From a virus, in UHGV virus genome UHGV-1439128: 18,841 nt of DNA; one strand, 5' to 3'. Shown one piece after another: positions 8,584 to 16,840 of this stretch. The notes below the pieces were generated by a model. That model worked only from the letters and a program-made list of their open reading frames with translations. It did not search any database and was not told the origin of the DNA. How positions within the stretch are numbered: position 1 is the stretch's first letter; each line of letters starts with the position of its first letter. The position numbers were made by a program, and so were the translations under genes.

Positions 8584-9297
8584 TTAACTAATTTCTACGT
8601 CACAAACAGTTGAAACAATGGTCGCGCCCACCGCATCGGTTACGATCACCTGACGATGGCCGCTTTCGTTCGCCTGCGCGTTATTGAAATCAATGGTGGT
8701 TGTGGTATTACCCAGACCGGAATGAGCGCCATTTTCATACCAGTCGAGTCGGTACGGCGGCACGCCCCCGGTAACCGCTACGCCAATAGAAAAGTTATCG
8801 CCAACCTCGGCAATTTTTGTAGCTGGAAGATCGGTAGTGAACGCCAGAGCAACAGCGGGCGGGGCCGTAATTCGGGTCGGTTTGCCTTTCAGGCGAAGCG
8901 CGAATGTAGCGGCAACCACACCGTTGGTACCGGAAGACCAAGTGTGCTGACGAACCTCAGCAAAAAACTGAAAACCAACACCGGATGGAAAAATGATGCG
9001 AAAGCCATACACAGTGTCATTATCATAAGCATCACGCAGTGCTGCCTGCCCTGGATTTTCTTTGAAGTTCCCTGAGAGGGACATCTCAGAAGCTGCCGCC
9101 AGCCCGTTGATGTTCTCCTTCTCATCGTAACAAAGCACAGTAACATCAATATCCTGTTTCTGCCCCGCAGTGAACTGCGCCTCCTTAAGCGTGCAGTCCA
9201 GCGGGAGGAAGGTGGCTGTGCCTACTGTAGTAGGAGTTGCAGGTAACGAAGTGATTTGTATCTTCGTGCCCTGCGATTTTTCGTACTGAGAGCTCAT
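8584..9297 (-). CDS. Major tail (tube) protein with C-terminal Ig-like domain, 237 aa
   Basis: Sits between head-tail completion genes and the tail chaperones; strong RBS (AGGAGA cagccg ATG); C-terminal segment with 'GGVPPYRLDWYENG' resembles the Ig-like domains appended to phage major tail proteins. Confidence 0.75.
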   Translation of the reverse strand: MSSQYEKSQGTKIQITSLPATPTTVGTATFLPLDCTLKEAQFTAGQKQDIDVTVLCYDEKENINGLAAASEMSLSGNFKENPGQAALRDAYDNDTVYGFRIIFPSGVGFQFFAEVRQHTWSSGTNGVVAATFALRLKGKPTRITAPPAVALAFTTDLPATKIAEVGDNFSIGVAVTGGVPPYRLDWYENGAHSGLGNTTTTIDFNNAQANESGHRQVIVTDAVGATIVSTVCDVEIS

Positions 9298-9310
9298 CGG
9301 CTGTCTCCTG

Positions 9311-9335
9311 AAATAAAAAATCCCGCCGTAGCGGG
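9311..9335 (-). terminator. Intrinsic terminator-like hairpin upstream of the major tail gene
   Basis: Minus-strand RNA: CCCGC-UACG-GCGGG followed by AUUUUUUAUUU, then the major tail RBS and ATG. Confidence 0.5.
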
Positions 9336-9354
9336 TGGGTATGTTTAGGTCCGA

Positions 9355-9684
9355 TCAGACGGTGATCTGAAATTCAAGCGTGGCCCGGTAAAGCGCCGAA
9401 TCAGGTTCAAAACCGTTAATTTCGTTCAGCCCGACAGGATGCAGATCGGCAATAGCTGCTTTGACTTGGTCGCGTAAAGTCCGGGCATCATCAATCGACT
9501 TGGCCCAGGCATCAATCTGTGCCGTGCAGGCTGTCTCGGCCGGCCCGGCAAATACGTCCTCACTGGCTGAAGAAGGCAGCAGGAAGATTACCCACGGTGC
9601 AGATGTTCCCTGCGGTGCCACGTATGGAAACACGTTGCCACCTGCCAGCGCGCTGAGTCGGAGATAGATATCGGCTTCTGTCAT
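9355..9684 (-). CDS. Tail completion protein (HK97 gp11-like / DUF3168-type), 109 aa
   Basis: Last gene of a four-gene block joined by ATGA overlaps between capsid and major tail genes; size and position match tail completion proteins. Confidence 0.55.
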   Translation of the reverse strand: MTEADIYLRLSALAGGNVFPYVAPQGTSAPWVIFLLPSSASEDVFAGPAETACTAQIDAWAKSIDDARTLRDQVKAAIADLHPVGLNEINGFEPDSALYRATLEFQITV

Positions 9685-10130
9685 TTTGCCAGCACCTCGT
9701 CGACTGCTCGATTCATGCGGACCAGTGCCGCCTGCGTGGCTTCCTCCTGCCGGTTGTCAAACGCTGGGCGAACAAACGGGTGCGCTGGCATGCTCGATGT
9801 CCCGAGCTCCACAAACCGCCAGTAAAACGCGTTGCGCGGGTTGTCGGCCTTCATTGTGTTATCGCTGTTGCCAGTGTCCGGATTGACTCCCCGAATATGT
9901 ACGCCGGAAGTAATTTCGCCGCGGCGGCGTCCTTTCTGGGTCACCACCACCACGTTTTTTTTCATCTTGCCGGTTTTGACTGGCGCGAGGTTCTCTACTT
10001 CTTCTTTCAGAACCTGAGCGCCCGCCCGGGTGGCATCACGCAAAACCTTGTTATTTTCTGCCCGGCTGAGCGTTTCCAGATCCTTAGCGATGTCGGCCAG
10101 GCCGGAGAAATCAAGACTCGTTGAGATCAC
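9681..10130 (-). CDS. Head-tail connector protein (HK97 gp10-like), 149 aa
   Basis: Third gene of the connector block; ATGA overlaps on both sides; size and order consistent with the HK97 gp10 family. Confidence 0.6.
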   Translation of the reverse strand: MISTSLDFSGLADIAKDLETLSRAENNKVLRDATRAGAQVLKEEVENLAPVKTGKMKKNVVVVTQKGRRRGEITSGVHIRGVNPDTGNSDNTMKADNPRNAFYWRFVELGTSSMPAHPFVRPAFDNRQEEATQAALVRMNRAVDEVLAK

Positions 10131-10468
10131 TGCTTCACCCCCTTCTCACAAAGCAACTCCAGACGGGTCCCGTTTTCGGCAGAAATAGCCGACTGAATGT
10201 CGTATATATCGCCGTTACCGGTTGGCGGCAGATGAACGGCGCGCCAGCCTGTGGATACGGGAATGCCGGGATAGCGACGCATCCAGATCCGTGTTGTGGT
10301 GCTGCTAACCTCAGCCCCACCCTCTATCCTCTCTCGGCCGGACACGTCCGCGACCTCAGCACGCACTGAAGCCACATCCACCCAGCCAGTGGCAGGCTGC
10401 CCGGAAGGCAGGCGCCCAGACGCTGGCTTTTGTAACGTAACCCGGTGTCGTAGTCGTCCCGCTTTCAT
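10127..10468 (-). CDS. Head closure / head-tail joining protein (HK97 gp9-like), 113 aa
   Basis: Second gene of the connector block; ATGA overlap at both ends; typical size for a head closure protein. Confidence 0.55.
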   Translation of the reverse strand: MKAGRLRHRVTLQKPASGRLPSGQPATGWVDVASVRAEVADVSGRERIEGGAEVSSTTTRIWMRRYPGIPVSTGWRAVHLPPTGNGDIYDIQSAISAENGTRLELLCEKGVKQ

Positions 10469-10791
10469 ACGCCATATACTCGGTAGGGTTGCAGAAGCGC
10501 TTCGGTGGAGAACGCAAGCGCAGAAGTTACGTTACCTACGTTTACCGCTTCACGGTTTGCGTACCAGTGACCGATAAGCAGCAGCATAGCCATTTCGATA
10601 TCTTCGCCATAAAGCAACCGATCTGGGTCAGCAAGATAGTCAGGATCATCGGCAGTGTCATAAAGCCGGCGGCGGGTCCACGTTTCGACGTACCGCGCCG
10701 CAGCCTTAATACTGGTAGCGATCCAGATATCGTCTTCCGTGAAATCCTGCTCAATGTTGCAGTGGCGCTTAACCTGCTCTTTGGTCAGCAT
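10465..10791 (-). CDS. Head-tail connector (gp6-like adaptor), 108 aa
   Basis: First gene of the connector block downstream of the major capsid gene; size and position typical of gp6-like adaptors. Confidence 0.55.
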   Translation of the reverse strand: MLTKEQVKRHCNIEQDFTEDDIWIATSIKAAARYVETWTRRRLYDTADDPDYLADPDRLLYGEDIEMAMLLLIGHWYANREAVNVGNVTSALAFSTEALLQPYRVYGV

Positions 10792-10800
10792 GCGCGTCCC

Positions 10801-10986
10801 TTACTTGCCTTTACCCTTGCCTTTCGGCTCAGGGTCTTTTTCCGGATCCGGCTTCCTGGCGCCGGGCTCTTCGGCGTAACCGCGGTTTACAAGCTCGCGG
10901 CCGTGCTGCTCCAGCGTCTCAAACTCGGTGCCTTCGCTAAGCACGTTGCCTTCAAAGTAGATGGGCTTGATAGCGATCAGCTTCAT
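10801..10986 (-). CDS. Small hypothetical head-region protein with Lys/Pro/Glu-rich C-terminal tail, 61 aa
   Basis: ORF with a strong RBS (AAGGAGA cagcc ATG) directly after the capsid terminator; C-terminus is KPDPEKDPEPKGKGKGK; no family recognised. Confidence 0.5.
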   Translation of the reverse strand: MKLIAIKPIYFEGNVLSEGTEFETLEQHGRELVNRGYAEEPGARKPDPEKDPEPKGKGKGK

Positions 10987-11001
10987 GGCTGTCTCCTTTA
11001 A

Positions 11002-11029
11002 GAGAAAAGAAAAGCGGCCCTCAGGCCGC
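11002..11029 (-). terminator. Intrinsic terminator downstream of the major capsid gene
   Basis: Minus-strand RNA: GCGGCC-UGAG-GGCCGC (perfect 6-bp GC stem, 4-nt loop) followed by UUUUCUUUUCUC, about 10 nt after the capsid stop codon. Confidence 0.6.
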
Positions 11030-11038
11030 CGTTAAGAT

Positions 11039-12259
11039 TTACGCGCCGCCACCAGCAGCAGGTGCGGTAAAGGAGCCGTAGATAAACGCTTCCGGACGTT
11101 TCACAGCCAGCGCCAGGCGCTCTTCGCAACGAATCGAGATCATGTTCTTCTCGAAGTCGTCGGCGTTCTCGGTGGAGATCACAACGTTGGCATCTTCACG
11201 ATCGAACAGCTGCGCCGCGGCGTTAAACGCACCAGTCAGGAACTTGCCCTGGAATGCTGCGGCCTCAGTGGCCACAACCGGCAGGCCCCAAAGAGTAGGA
11301 CCGGTCAGCGCCGCCGGGTTCGCCAGAATGTAGCGACCCAGCGTGTCTTTGGTGAGCTCAATCTTCGCCCAGTCAATGAAGTGCAGGACGTGGCCGGAAG
11401 CCGGGAAGCGCGCCAGCTGCGCCTGAAGCATCGCGAGACGGAGATCATCAATACCGTTCTGCTGCTCAACCGTAAAGGCAGCGTCGTATGCAGAAGCCTG
11501 TGGCACGATGCCTTTCAGGTGCGCACCGGTACCGTCGCCAAAGAGAATTTCCTGCTCTTCCACATATTTCAGGCCGTAACGCATCTCGGCGTCGATAGTG
11601 GACTGCAGCTGAGCGAAATCATCCAGGATCTGCTTGGACGCTTTGAACATATGCGCGATGGTAGTCACCGGGGTGATCTGCGTGGCGAACTGGATGTCGC
11701 TGTACGGCTTAGCTGTGCCTTCAGGCACAACCTTCGCCGCATTGGTAAAGCCAGTCTGCTGCACCCAGAAGATAGCCGGTGCAGAGGTGCGGCCCGGGGC
11801 AATCAGATCCCGGATGAAGAGACGCTGCTTCGGCGCGGTATCAATACCCGGCAGGCGCTGAGGCTCAACCACACCCGTTGCCACGTCAGTGGAGATCAGC
11901 GCAGCATTCACCGGAACGCTGACGCGCTTCCCGCCTTCAACGCTTGCCGCGAACGCTTTCAGCGCTTCACTGCTGATAACGGTCTGGCCAACGGTCTCGA
12001 TAATTTTTGCAGCGCTGGCCAGCGGCATCTGCGCTACCTGCTGCTCAATTTCACCCACTGAAGATTTCAGCGACTTCAGCGCATCGTTCAGCGCATTGTG
12101 TTCGGTGGCAATTTTATCCACCGCCTCTTTCGTCTGCGCAGACAGCTGACCAGAGCTTTTAGCCTCTTTCAGCGCGTCCTCGGCCTTCTGGCTGAAGGTG
12201 CCGGAAACTTCTTCCAGCTTCGCGGAGACTTTTTTCAGTAATTCGTTAACTTCAGACAT
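11039..12259 (-). CDS. Major capsid protein, HK97 fold, with N-terminal delta (scaffold-like) domain, 406 aa
   Basis: Follows the prohead protease gene; first roughly 100 aa are a charged predicted coiled coil (MSEVNELLKKVSAKLEEVSG...KSLKSSVGEIEQQ) like the HK97 delta domain; a terminator follows the gene, as expected for the most abundant structural protein. Confidence 0.85.
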   Translation of the reverse strand: MSEVNELLKKVSAKLEEVSGTFSQKAEDALKEAKSSGQLSAQTKEAVDKIATEHNALNDALKSLKSSVGEIEQQVAQMPLASAAKIIETVGQTVISSEALKAFAASVEGGKRVSVPVNAALISTDVATGVVEPQRLPGIDTAPKQRLFIRDLIAPGRTSAPAIFWVQQTGFTNAAKVVPEGTAKPYSDIQFATQITPVTTIAHMFKASKQILDDFAQLQSTIDAEMRYGLKYVEEQEILFGDGTGAHLKGIVPQASAYDAAFTVEQQNGIDDLRLAMLQAQLARFPASGHVLHFIDWAKIELTKDTLGRYILANPAALTGPTLWGLPVVATEAAAFQGKFLTGAFNAAAQLFDREDANVVISTENADDFEKNMISIRCEERLALAVKRPEAFIYGSFTAPAAGGGA

Positions 12260-12271
12260 GGTCTTTCCTTA

Positions 12272-13117
12272 TTAGCCGAACGCCGCCAGGGCGTCTTCAA
12301 GTTGTTTGAGATTGTCAGGGTTGATTTCTTCGGTAGCGTCCGGCGTACCATCATGACTGGCAGCAGCGCCTGGCTTGCTGCCGGATAAAGCTTTAAGGAG
12401 TTTTCGACGCTCCGATCGCGGCGTATTGGTTTTGGCCAGCAGGGCATCAAGCTTGCGCAGCGCAGCTGCCGGGCTTTCGTCGTCGTCGGCAATTTCATCA
12501 GCTGAAAGAAGGCTGTCAGCAAAGCCCTTCTCCACTGCTTCACTGCCGCCGATATAGGTTTCGCCGTCCATCATCCTGTCGACGGTGGCAGCATCAAGAC
12601 CGCTGCGAGCCTGGTAGATATCGCTCATCGCTTTATCAAACGGCTCCATATCCGCGGCGATCTGCGCCAGGTCATGGCGGTTGCCCATCGCGTAGACCCA
12701 GCAGTTGTGGATCATCAGGAACGCGCCGCGGCCGATCTGCACATCGTCACCGGCCATCGCGATAACCGATGCAGCAGACGCTGCCAGGCCGAGAACCTTA
12801 ACGGTTACCCTGCCTTCGTACTCGCGCAGCAGGTTGTAAATCGCCAGGCCTTCGAACATGTCGCCGCCCGGGCTGTTTATGTTAACCGTCACGTCAGCGC
12901 CGCCAAGCGAGCGCAGTGCGCCAGCTATGCGGCTGGCTGTCACCCCCTCCCCCCAGTAATCGGCGCCGATCACGTCGAAGATAGAAATGCTGTTGTCACC
13001 GTCCCGGGCGGCGCGGATGCCTCCGTTCCAGCGCTCCATTGCCGCAGCCGGCAGATCAGGTTTTTCGCGCGCAAAAGGTCGCCCCTCCGGCGCAGCCGGA
13101 AGGCTTTTAATCGTCAT
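12272..13117 (-). CDS. Prohead (head maturation) protease, ClpP/S49-like, with acidic C-terminal extension, 281 aa
   Basis: Motifs 'INSPGGDMFEGLAIYNLL', 'GLAASAASVIAMAG' (candidate Ser) and 'FLMIHNCW' (candidate His) fit the ClpP-family serine protease pattern; located between portal and capsid genes. Confidence 0.8.
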   Translation of the reverse strand: MTIKSLPAAPEGRPFAREKPDLPAAAMERWNGGIRAARDGDNSISIFDVIGADYWGEGVTASRIAGALRSLGGADVTVNINSPGGDMFEGLAIYNLLREYEGRVTVKVLGLAASAASVIAMAGDDVQIGRGAFLMIHNCWVYAMGNRHDLAQIAADMEPFDKAMSDIYQARSGLDAATVDRMMDGETYIGGSEAVEKGFADSLLSADEIADDDESPAAALRKLDALLAKTNTPRSERRKLLKALSGSKPGAAASHDGTPDATEEINPDNLKQLEDALAAFG

Positions 13118-13125
13118 GGATTCTC

Positions 13126-14430
13126 CTAAGCCGCTTTTTTCAGCGGTGACTGTTCGAAGGGAATATCGGGGAATACGTGGTTATGGACCTGCCGCAGAGC
13201 GAATGCCTGTGCGGCCTGGCTGTTCTGCTTCAGATCATCGAGCGGCGTCAGGTTGAGCTGCACCGTGTAAATATCGCCGCCCTCAATCGGTGGCATGTTC
13301 TCCAGGCGGCGCACGTCGTTACGGGACATCCAGCCGTTCTGCAGCGCACTGGTGTAGTAAGCAGCCCGTCCAGCGCTGTCGGCGCGCAGCAGGCCCTCAA
13401 CTGAGAACTCAGCAAAGAGGTCCTCTTCGCCATTCAGCAGGCAACGGGAGATCTCCTGCTCAATGTTCACCAGCAGCGGGCGCAGCGTATGGGTCAGGAA
13501 CTGGAGGTTCATTCCCTCGAGGCTCGACGCCCAGCTGCTTTGCTTTGATGTATGCCCGACCATAAACGGCGGCACGCGGAACCAGCGGCAAATTTCCTCA
13601 ATACTGAATGAGCGACTTTCCAGCATCTGGGCATCTTCAGGGTTCATGGTGACACCCTGATATTTCAGGCCGCCCTCAAGCACCATGATTTTTCCGGCGT
13701 TTTTGGAACCGGTAAACTTCGCCATATAACCGCGAAGTCTTTCCCGCTGATCTTCGTCCAGCGCATTGTCCGATGAGAGAAACCCGGAGCTTTGCAGGCC
13801 CTGTTCAAAAATCTTTGCAGCAGATTCTTCAACCGCCATCGCGGAGCCGATTACATCCCGACCCGTCCTCATCGGCATCATGCCGCAGACACCATCGAGG
13901 CCGAACCCACGGATGTGCATCAGGTTCTTTTCGGGAATAACGCGTTTCTTGCCATCCTCGGTGTACGTGTATTCCAGCCGCCCGGTATCAAGCCGCTTCA
14001 CCACCATGTTCTGGGGCAGCAGTGGCACCAGCGACACCAGCTTATTGCCGATAAACAGCTTCTCGACAAAGGCATTTCCGCGCAGGCAGATGCTGGCCAC
14101 CACCATCAACATAAAGCGCGACGGCGTCATTTCCAGATTGGGACGGCGACAAAGCACCTGGTATACCGGATGGTTCTGCGCCAGCTTGCGCGAGCCATCA
14201 GCCTGTCGGGTGTAAATCTTAACCGGCAGCGTGGACACCGACTCGCTCAGAAGCCGGACGCAGGCCCAGACGGCCGAAAGTTGGATCGCCTTATCTGCCG
14301 TGACCACCTTGCCGCTGCTGCTCGTGCCATACCACTCCTGCCAGAACGTTCCGGTAGTCAGGCTGATGGGCACGCCCAGCCAGTTGAGCAAGGCGCTTTT
14401 TACCTTGCCCGGCTGCTTACTTTTCTTCAT
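13126..14430 (-). CDS. Portal protein (HK97-family-like), 434 aa
   Basis: Start ATG overlaps the terminase large subunit stop (TGATG); size and position between terminase and protease match a portal protein. Confidence 0.8.
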   Translation of the reverse strand: MKKSKQPGKVKSALLNWLGVPISLTTGTFWQEWYGTSSSGKVVTADKAIQLSAVWACVRLLSESVSTLPVKIYTRQADGSRKLAQNHPVYQVLCRRPNLEMTPSRFMLMVVASICLRGNAFVEKLFIGNKLVSLVPLLPQNMVVKRLDTGRLEYTYTEDGKKRVIPEKNLMHIRGFGLDGVCGMMPMRTGRDVIGSAMAVEESAAKIFEQGLQSSGFLSSDNALDEDQRERLRGYMAKFTGSKNAGKIMVLEGGLKYQGVTMNPEDAQMLESRSFSIEEICRWFRVPPFMVGHTSKQSSWASSLEGMNLQFLTHTLRPLLVNIEQEISRCLLNGEEDLFAEFSVEGLLRADSAGRAAYYTSALQNGWMSRNDVRRLENMPPIEGGDIYTVQLNLTPLDDLKQNSQAAQAFALRQVHNHVFPDIPFEQSPLKKAA

Positions 14431-16187
14431 CAGAAACCTACCATGATGGGGTTGTCAAAGAATCCACTCAGGTCCTGCTGGTCGTTGCCACCGTTAACAA
14501 GCAGACGGCTCATTGCGGTAAACAGCGCCGCCGGGCCGTCAATCTTGGCTTCCGGGGTCGATTTGTTGGGGAAGATATTGTCATTACGATCCGGCCGAAC
14601 CGTCACATTCGACATCATCCAGTTCATCACCGGGTGATTGCTGTGATGGAGCCGTCCACCGTAAACCAGCGCCTCGACTTCCTTCATGGCTTCGGAGAAG
14701 TTGCGGACCGTCTGTGGAACCTCCACCAGAGGCAGGCCTTCCTCGGCAAGCGCCAGGCTGAACTGCGTGGCACTCCACGGGTCAAAACCGATTTCTTTCA
14801 GGCTTTCACCGGCCACCCACGCCTGAAGTTCTTCCTTGATCTGCGCGTGGTCTATCACATCCCCGTCGGTCAGGATGAGCTTGTCCAGTTCCGCCCATTT
14901 GCGGTAGAGCTCGGCCATCTGCCGGGAACACTTCTCAAGCCGCCCTTCCGGCAGCCAGAATTTAAAGTCGGTGTGAACGTGCCCGTCGGGAGAACGCCAG
15001 GCTTTTACCGCGGCGCAGATATCGATTTTGTTCGCCAGATCGACCCCCACCCAGAGCGGATAGGTTTTCAGTTCATGCGCCGGCGCGATGAGTTCGCATT
15101 TTTCCCACTTCAGCATGTCCATCCAGGAAGACTCCGCCGTAACCCAGATATTCATGTGTTTGGTGAAAAAGTTAACGCGGGCGGACACCTGCTCTTTGGC
15201 CTTCTTCGCCAGGCGACGCAGATCGTCCCAGCGCTTGCAGATGCCGAGGCCCGGATTCGCCTTCTGCCAGACCGTTTCATCAAAAGGGTCGTCGCCTTCG
15301 TCCAGGGTGTAGATGATGGCAAAGAAGGTATCGTCCTTAACCGCTCCTTCCACATCGCTGTTGAAACCGCGCAGTACCTTGATGGCATAATCGCGCAGCT
15401 CATAGCAGATGCCTTCTTTATTAAAGCCGGCGGTGGTAATGCCGAACAGCAGCGACTGCAGGCGCGCACCGGTTGCTGTCTCCAGCACGTCCCAGACGTC
15501 ACGGGTTTTATGAGCGTGCAGCTCGTCGACAATGCCGCAGTGGATGTTCAGGCCGTCCAGGTTGTTCGCGTCGCTGGAAAGGGGCTCGAACTTCGACGCG
15601 CTCTGCTCCTGGTAGATCGCCAGCTTGTTGAACTCAAACAGGCGGCCCAGTGTCGCTTTCGCTTTCTTCACCATGTTCTTGGCATCTTCAAACACGATAC
15701 GCGCCTGGTCTCGTGTTGTGGCCGCCGAATAAACCTCAGCGCCGCCCTCGCCATCTGCACCAGCCATATACAGGCCGACACCAGATGAAAGTGTGGATTT
15801 GGCGTTCTTACGCGCCACCTCGTTGTAAGCGGTGCGGAACCGCCGCACCATCACCGGGCGGCCGCTGCCATCGTTGCGCAGCACCACGTCGCCAGTCTCC
15901 TCGTTCACCAGCGGGATCACAAACCCATAGATATTGATGAGAATGAAAATATGCCAGTCCATCAGGTCGATGGGCTGACCGGCCTGCGCCCCCTTAACGT
16001 GGGGTATAAATTTGTAAAAATTCAGGATGTGCTGCGCCCGGGGTTCGCTGAAGAAGATCCCACGCGCCTCGCCGTTTTTCAGATCGTCCAGAAAACGCTG
16101 GCATGCCAGCCGGACATACTCACAGGCAATAATCTCCCCCGCCACGACGCGCTCGGCGTAGCGGATACCTTCTGCAACCTTGGCCAT
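14430..16187 (-). CDS. Terminase large subunit, 585 aa
   Basis: 585-aa ORF whose start overlaps the small subunit stop (TAATG); contains a Walker B-like 'GIVDELH'; canonical position upstream of portal. Confidence 0.85.
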   Translation of the reverse strand: MAKVAEGIRYAERVVAGEIIACEYVRLACQRFLDDLKNGEARGIFFSEPRAQHILNFYKFIPHVKGAQAGQPIDLMDWHIFILINIYGFVIPLVNEETGDVVLRNDGSGRPVMVRRFRTAYNEVARKNAKSTLSSGVGLYMAGADGEGGAEVYSAATTRDQARIVFEDAKNMVKKAKATLGRLFEFNKLAIYQEQSASKFEPLSSDANNLDGLNIHCGIVDELHAHKTRDVWDVLETATGARLQSLLFGITTAGFNKEGICYELRDYAIKVLRGFNSDVEGAVKDDTFFAIIYTLDEGDDPFDETVWQKANPGLGICKRWDDLRRLAKKAKEQVSARVNFFTKHMNIWVTAESSWMDMLKWEKCELIAPAHELKTYPLWVGVDLANKIDICAAVKAWRSPDGHVHTDFKFWLPEGRLEKCSRQMAELYRKWAELDKLILTDGDVIDHAQIKEELQAWVAGESLKEIGFDPWSATQFSLALAEEGLPLVEVPQTVRNFSEAMKEVEALVYGGRLHHSNHPVMNWMMSNVTVRPDRNDNIFPNKSTPEAKIDGPAALFTAMSRLLVNGGNDQQDLSGFFDNPIMVGF

Positions 16188-16684
16188 TAATCCCTCGCTT
16201 TCATGAACTCAGCCAGCGGATCAACCGCATCCGGCGTTTTGGTGCTGACCTTTGACCGGCTGGAAGGAGTCATACCAAACTCCGCTAACATCGCGCGAAG
16301 TCGCTTCCAGGCATCAGCTTTCATCATGGCTGCCGGATGCGGCTTGATCATGCGTATTTCACGCTCTTTCCCTTCATCAGCATCATCATCGCTGTATACC
16401 GCATAGGTATAACCTTCCCGATCCAGCGTTTCACAATGATGGCGGTATTCCGTATATGCCTCTACCAGCAACTCCAGAGCCCTGGCATCCAGCTGAGATA
16501 TGACGCCAATGGCATCAAGTTCTTCGGCCATCCGCTTAAACCAGTACTTCCCCTGCTTGTCGAAATGCTTGGGAACTGGGGGGACCCCTTTAGGTGGCTG
16601 CGGCTCGTTTTTGTTGATTGGTCGTTTGGATGGGTTACCCCTCACCAAACGCAGATGGGTAGGGGTTTTCGGCGGTCCTGACAT
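16187..16684 (-). CDS. Terminase small subunit (P27-family-like), 165 aa
   Basis: Small basic N-terminus (KRPINKNEPQPPKGVPP) suggesting DNA binding; immediately upstream of and coupled to the large terminase; AGGAG 10 nt upstream of the ATG. Confidence 0.7.
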   Translation of the reverse strand: MSGPPKTPTHLRLVRGNPSKRPINKNEPQPPKGVPPVPKHFDKQGKYWFKRMAEELDAIGVISQLDARALELLVEAYTEYRHHCETLDREGYTYAVYSDDDADEGKEREIRMIKPHPAAMMKADAWKRLRAMLAEFGMTPSSRSKVSTKTPDAVDPLAEFMKARD

Positions 16685-16840
16685 AATCGAAAACTCCTAT
16701 TAATCATCGGCTGGGGGACCCCAAAAAAAGTTTTCTAACCTGCGGCGATGTGAAGAAAGGCTAGGCGGCGGTCCTTTTGGCGCCCGGTTACAGGGATTTG
16801 ACCTCCCCCTCCCCTCCACATCCGTTGATGGTAATCATTA
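16685..16840. other. Candidate packaging-initiation (cos) region between HNH endonuclease and terminase small subunit
   Basis: 156-bp non-coding gap, the only long one inside the packaging module; contains a polypyrimidine tract (16801..16818, plus strand ACCTCCCCCTCCCCTCCA), a GGGGG-A-CCCC symmetric element followed by A7 (16714..16732) and a GGCGGCGG core (16764..16775). HK97-like phages place cos between the HNH and terS genes. Confidence 0.35.

Noticed and set aside
10489-11001. 170-aa plus-strand ORF
   Set aside because: Antisense to the connector and 61-aa genes and crosses the capsid terminator; implausible as a gene.
11381-12061. 226-aa plus-strand ORF
   Set aside because: Antisense to the major capsid gene; no independent support.
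13792-14637. 281-aa plus-strand ORF
   Set aside because: Antisense to the portal gene; His/Arg-rich low-complexity translation; classic antisense artefact.
14634-15788. 384-aa plus-strand ORF
   Set aside because: Lies entirely antisense to the terminase large subunit gene; Arg/Leu/Gly-rich composition typical of shadow ORFs in GC-rich coding DNA; no RBS and no genomic context.
16764-16775. GGCGGCGG motif as the exact cosN cleavage site
   Set aside because: Only a partial resemblance to lambda cosN (GGGCGGCGACCT), and GC-rich octamers are common at this GC content; kept only as part of a candidate cos region, not as a called site.
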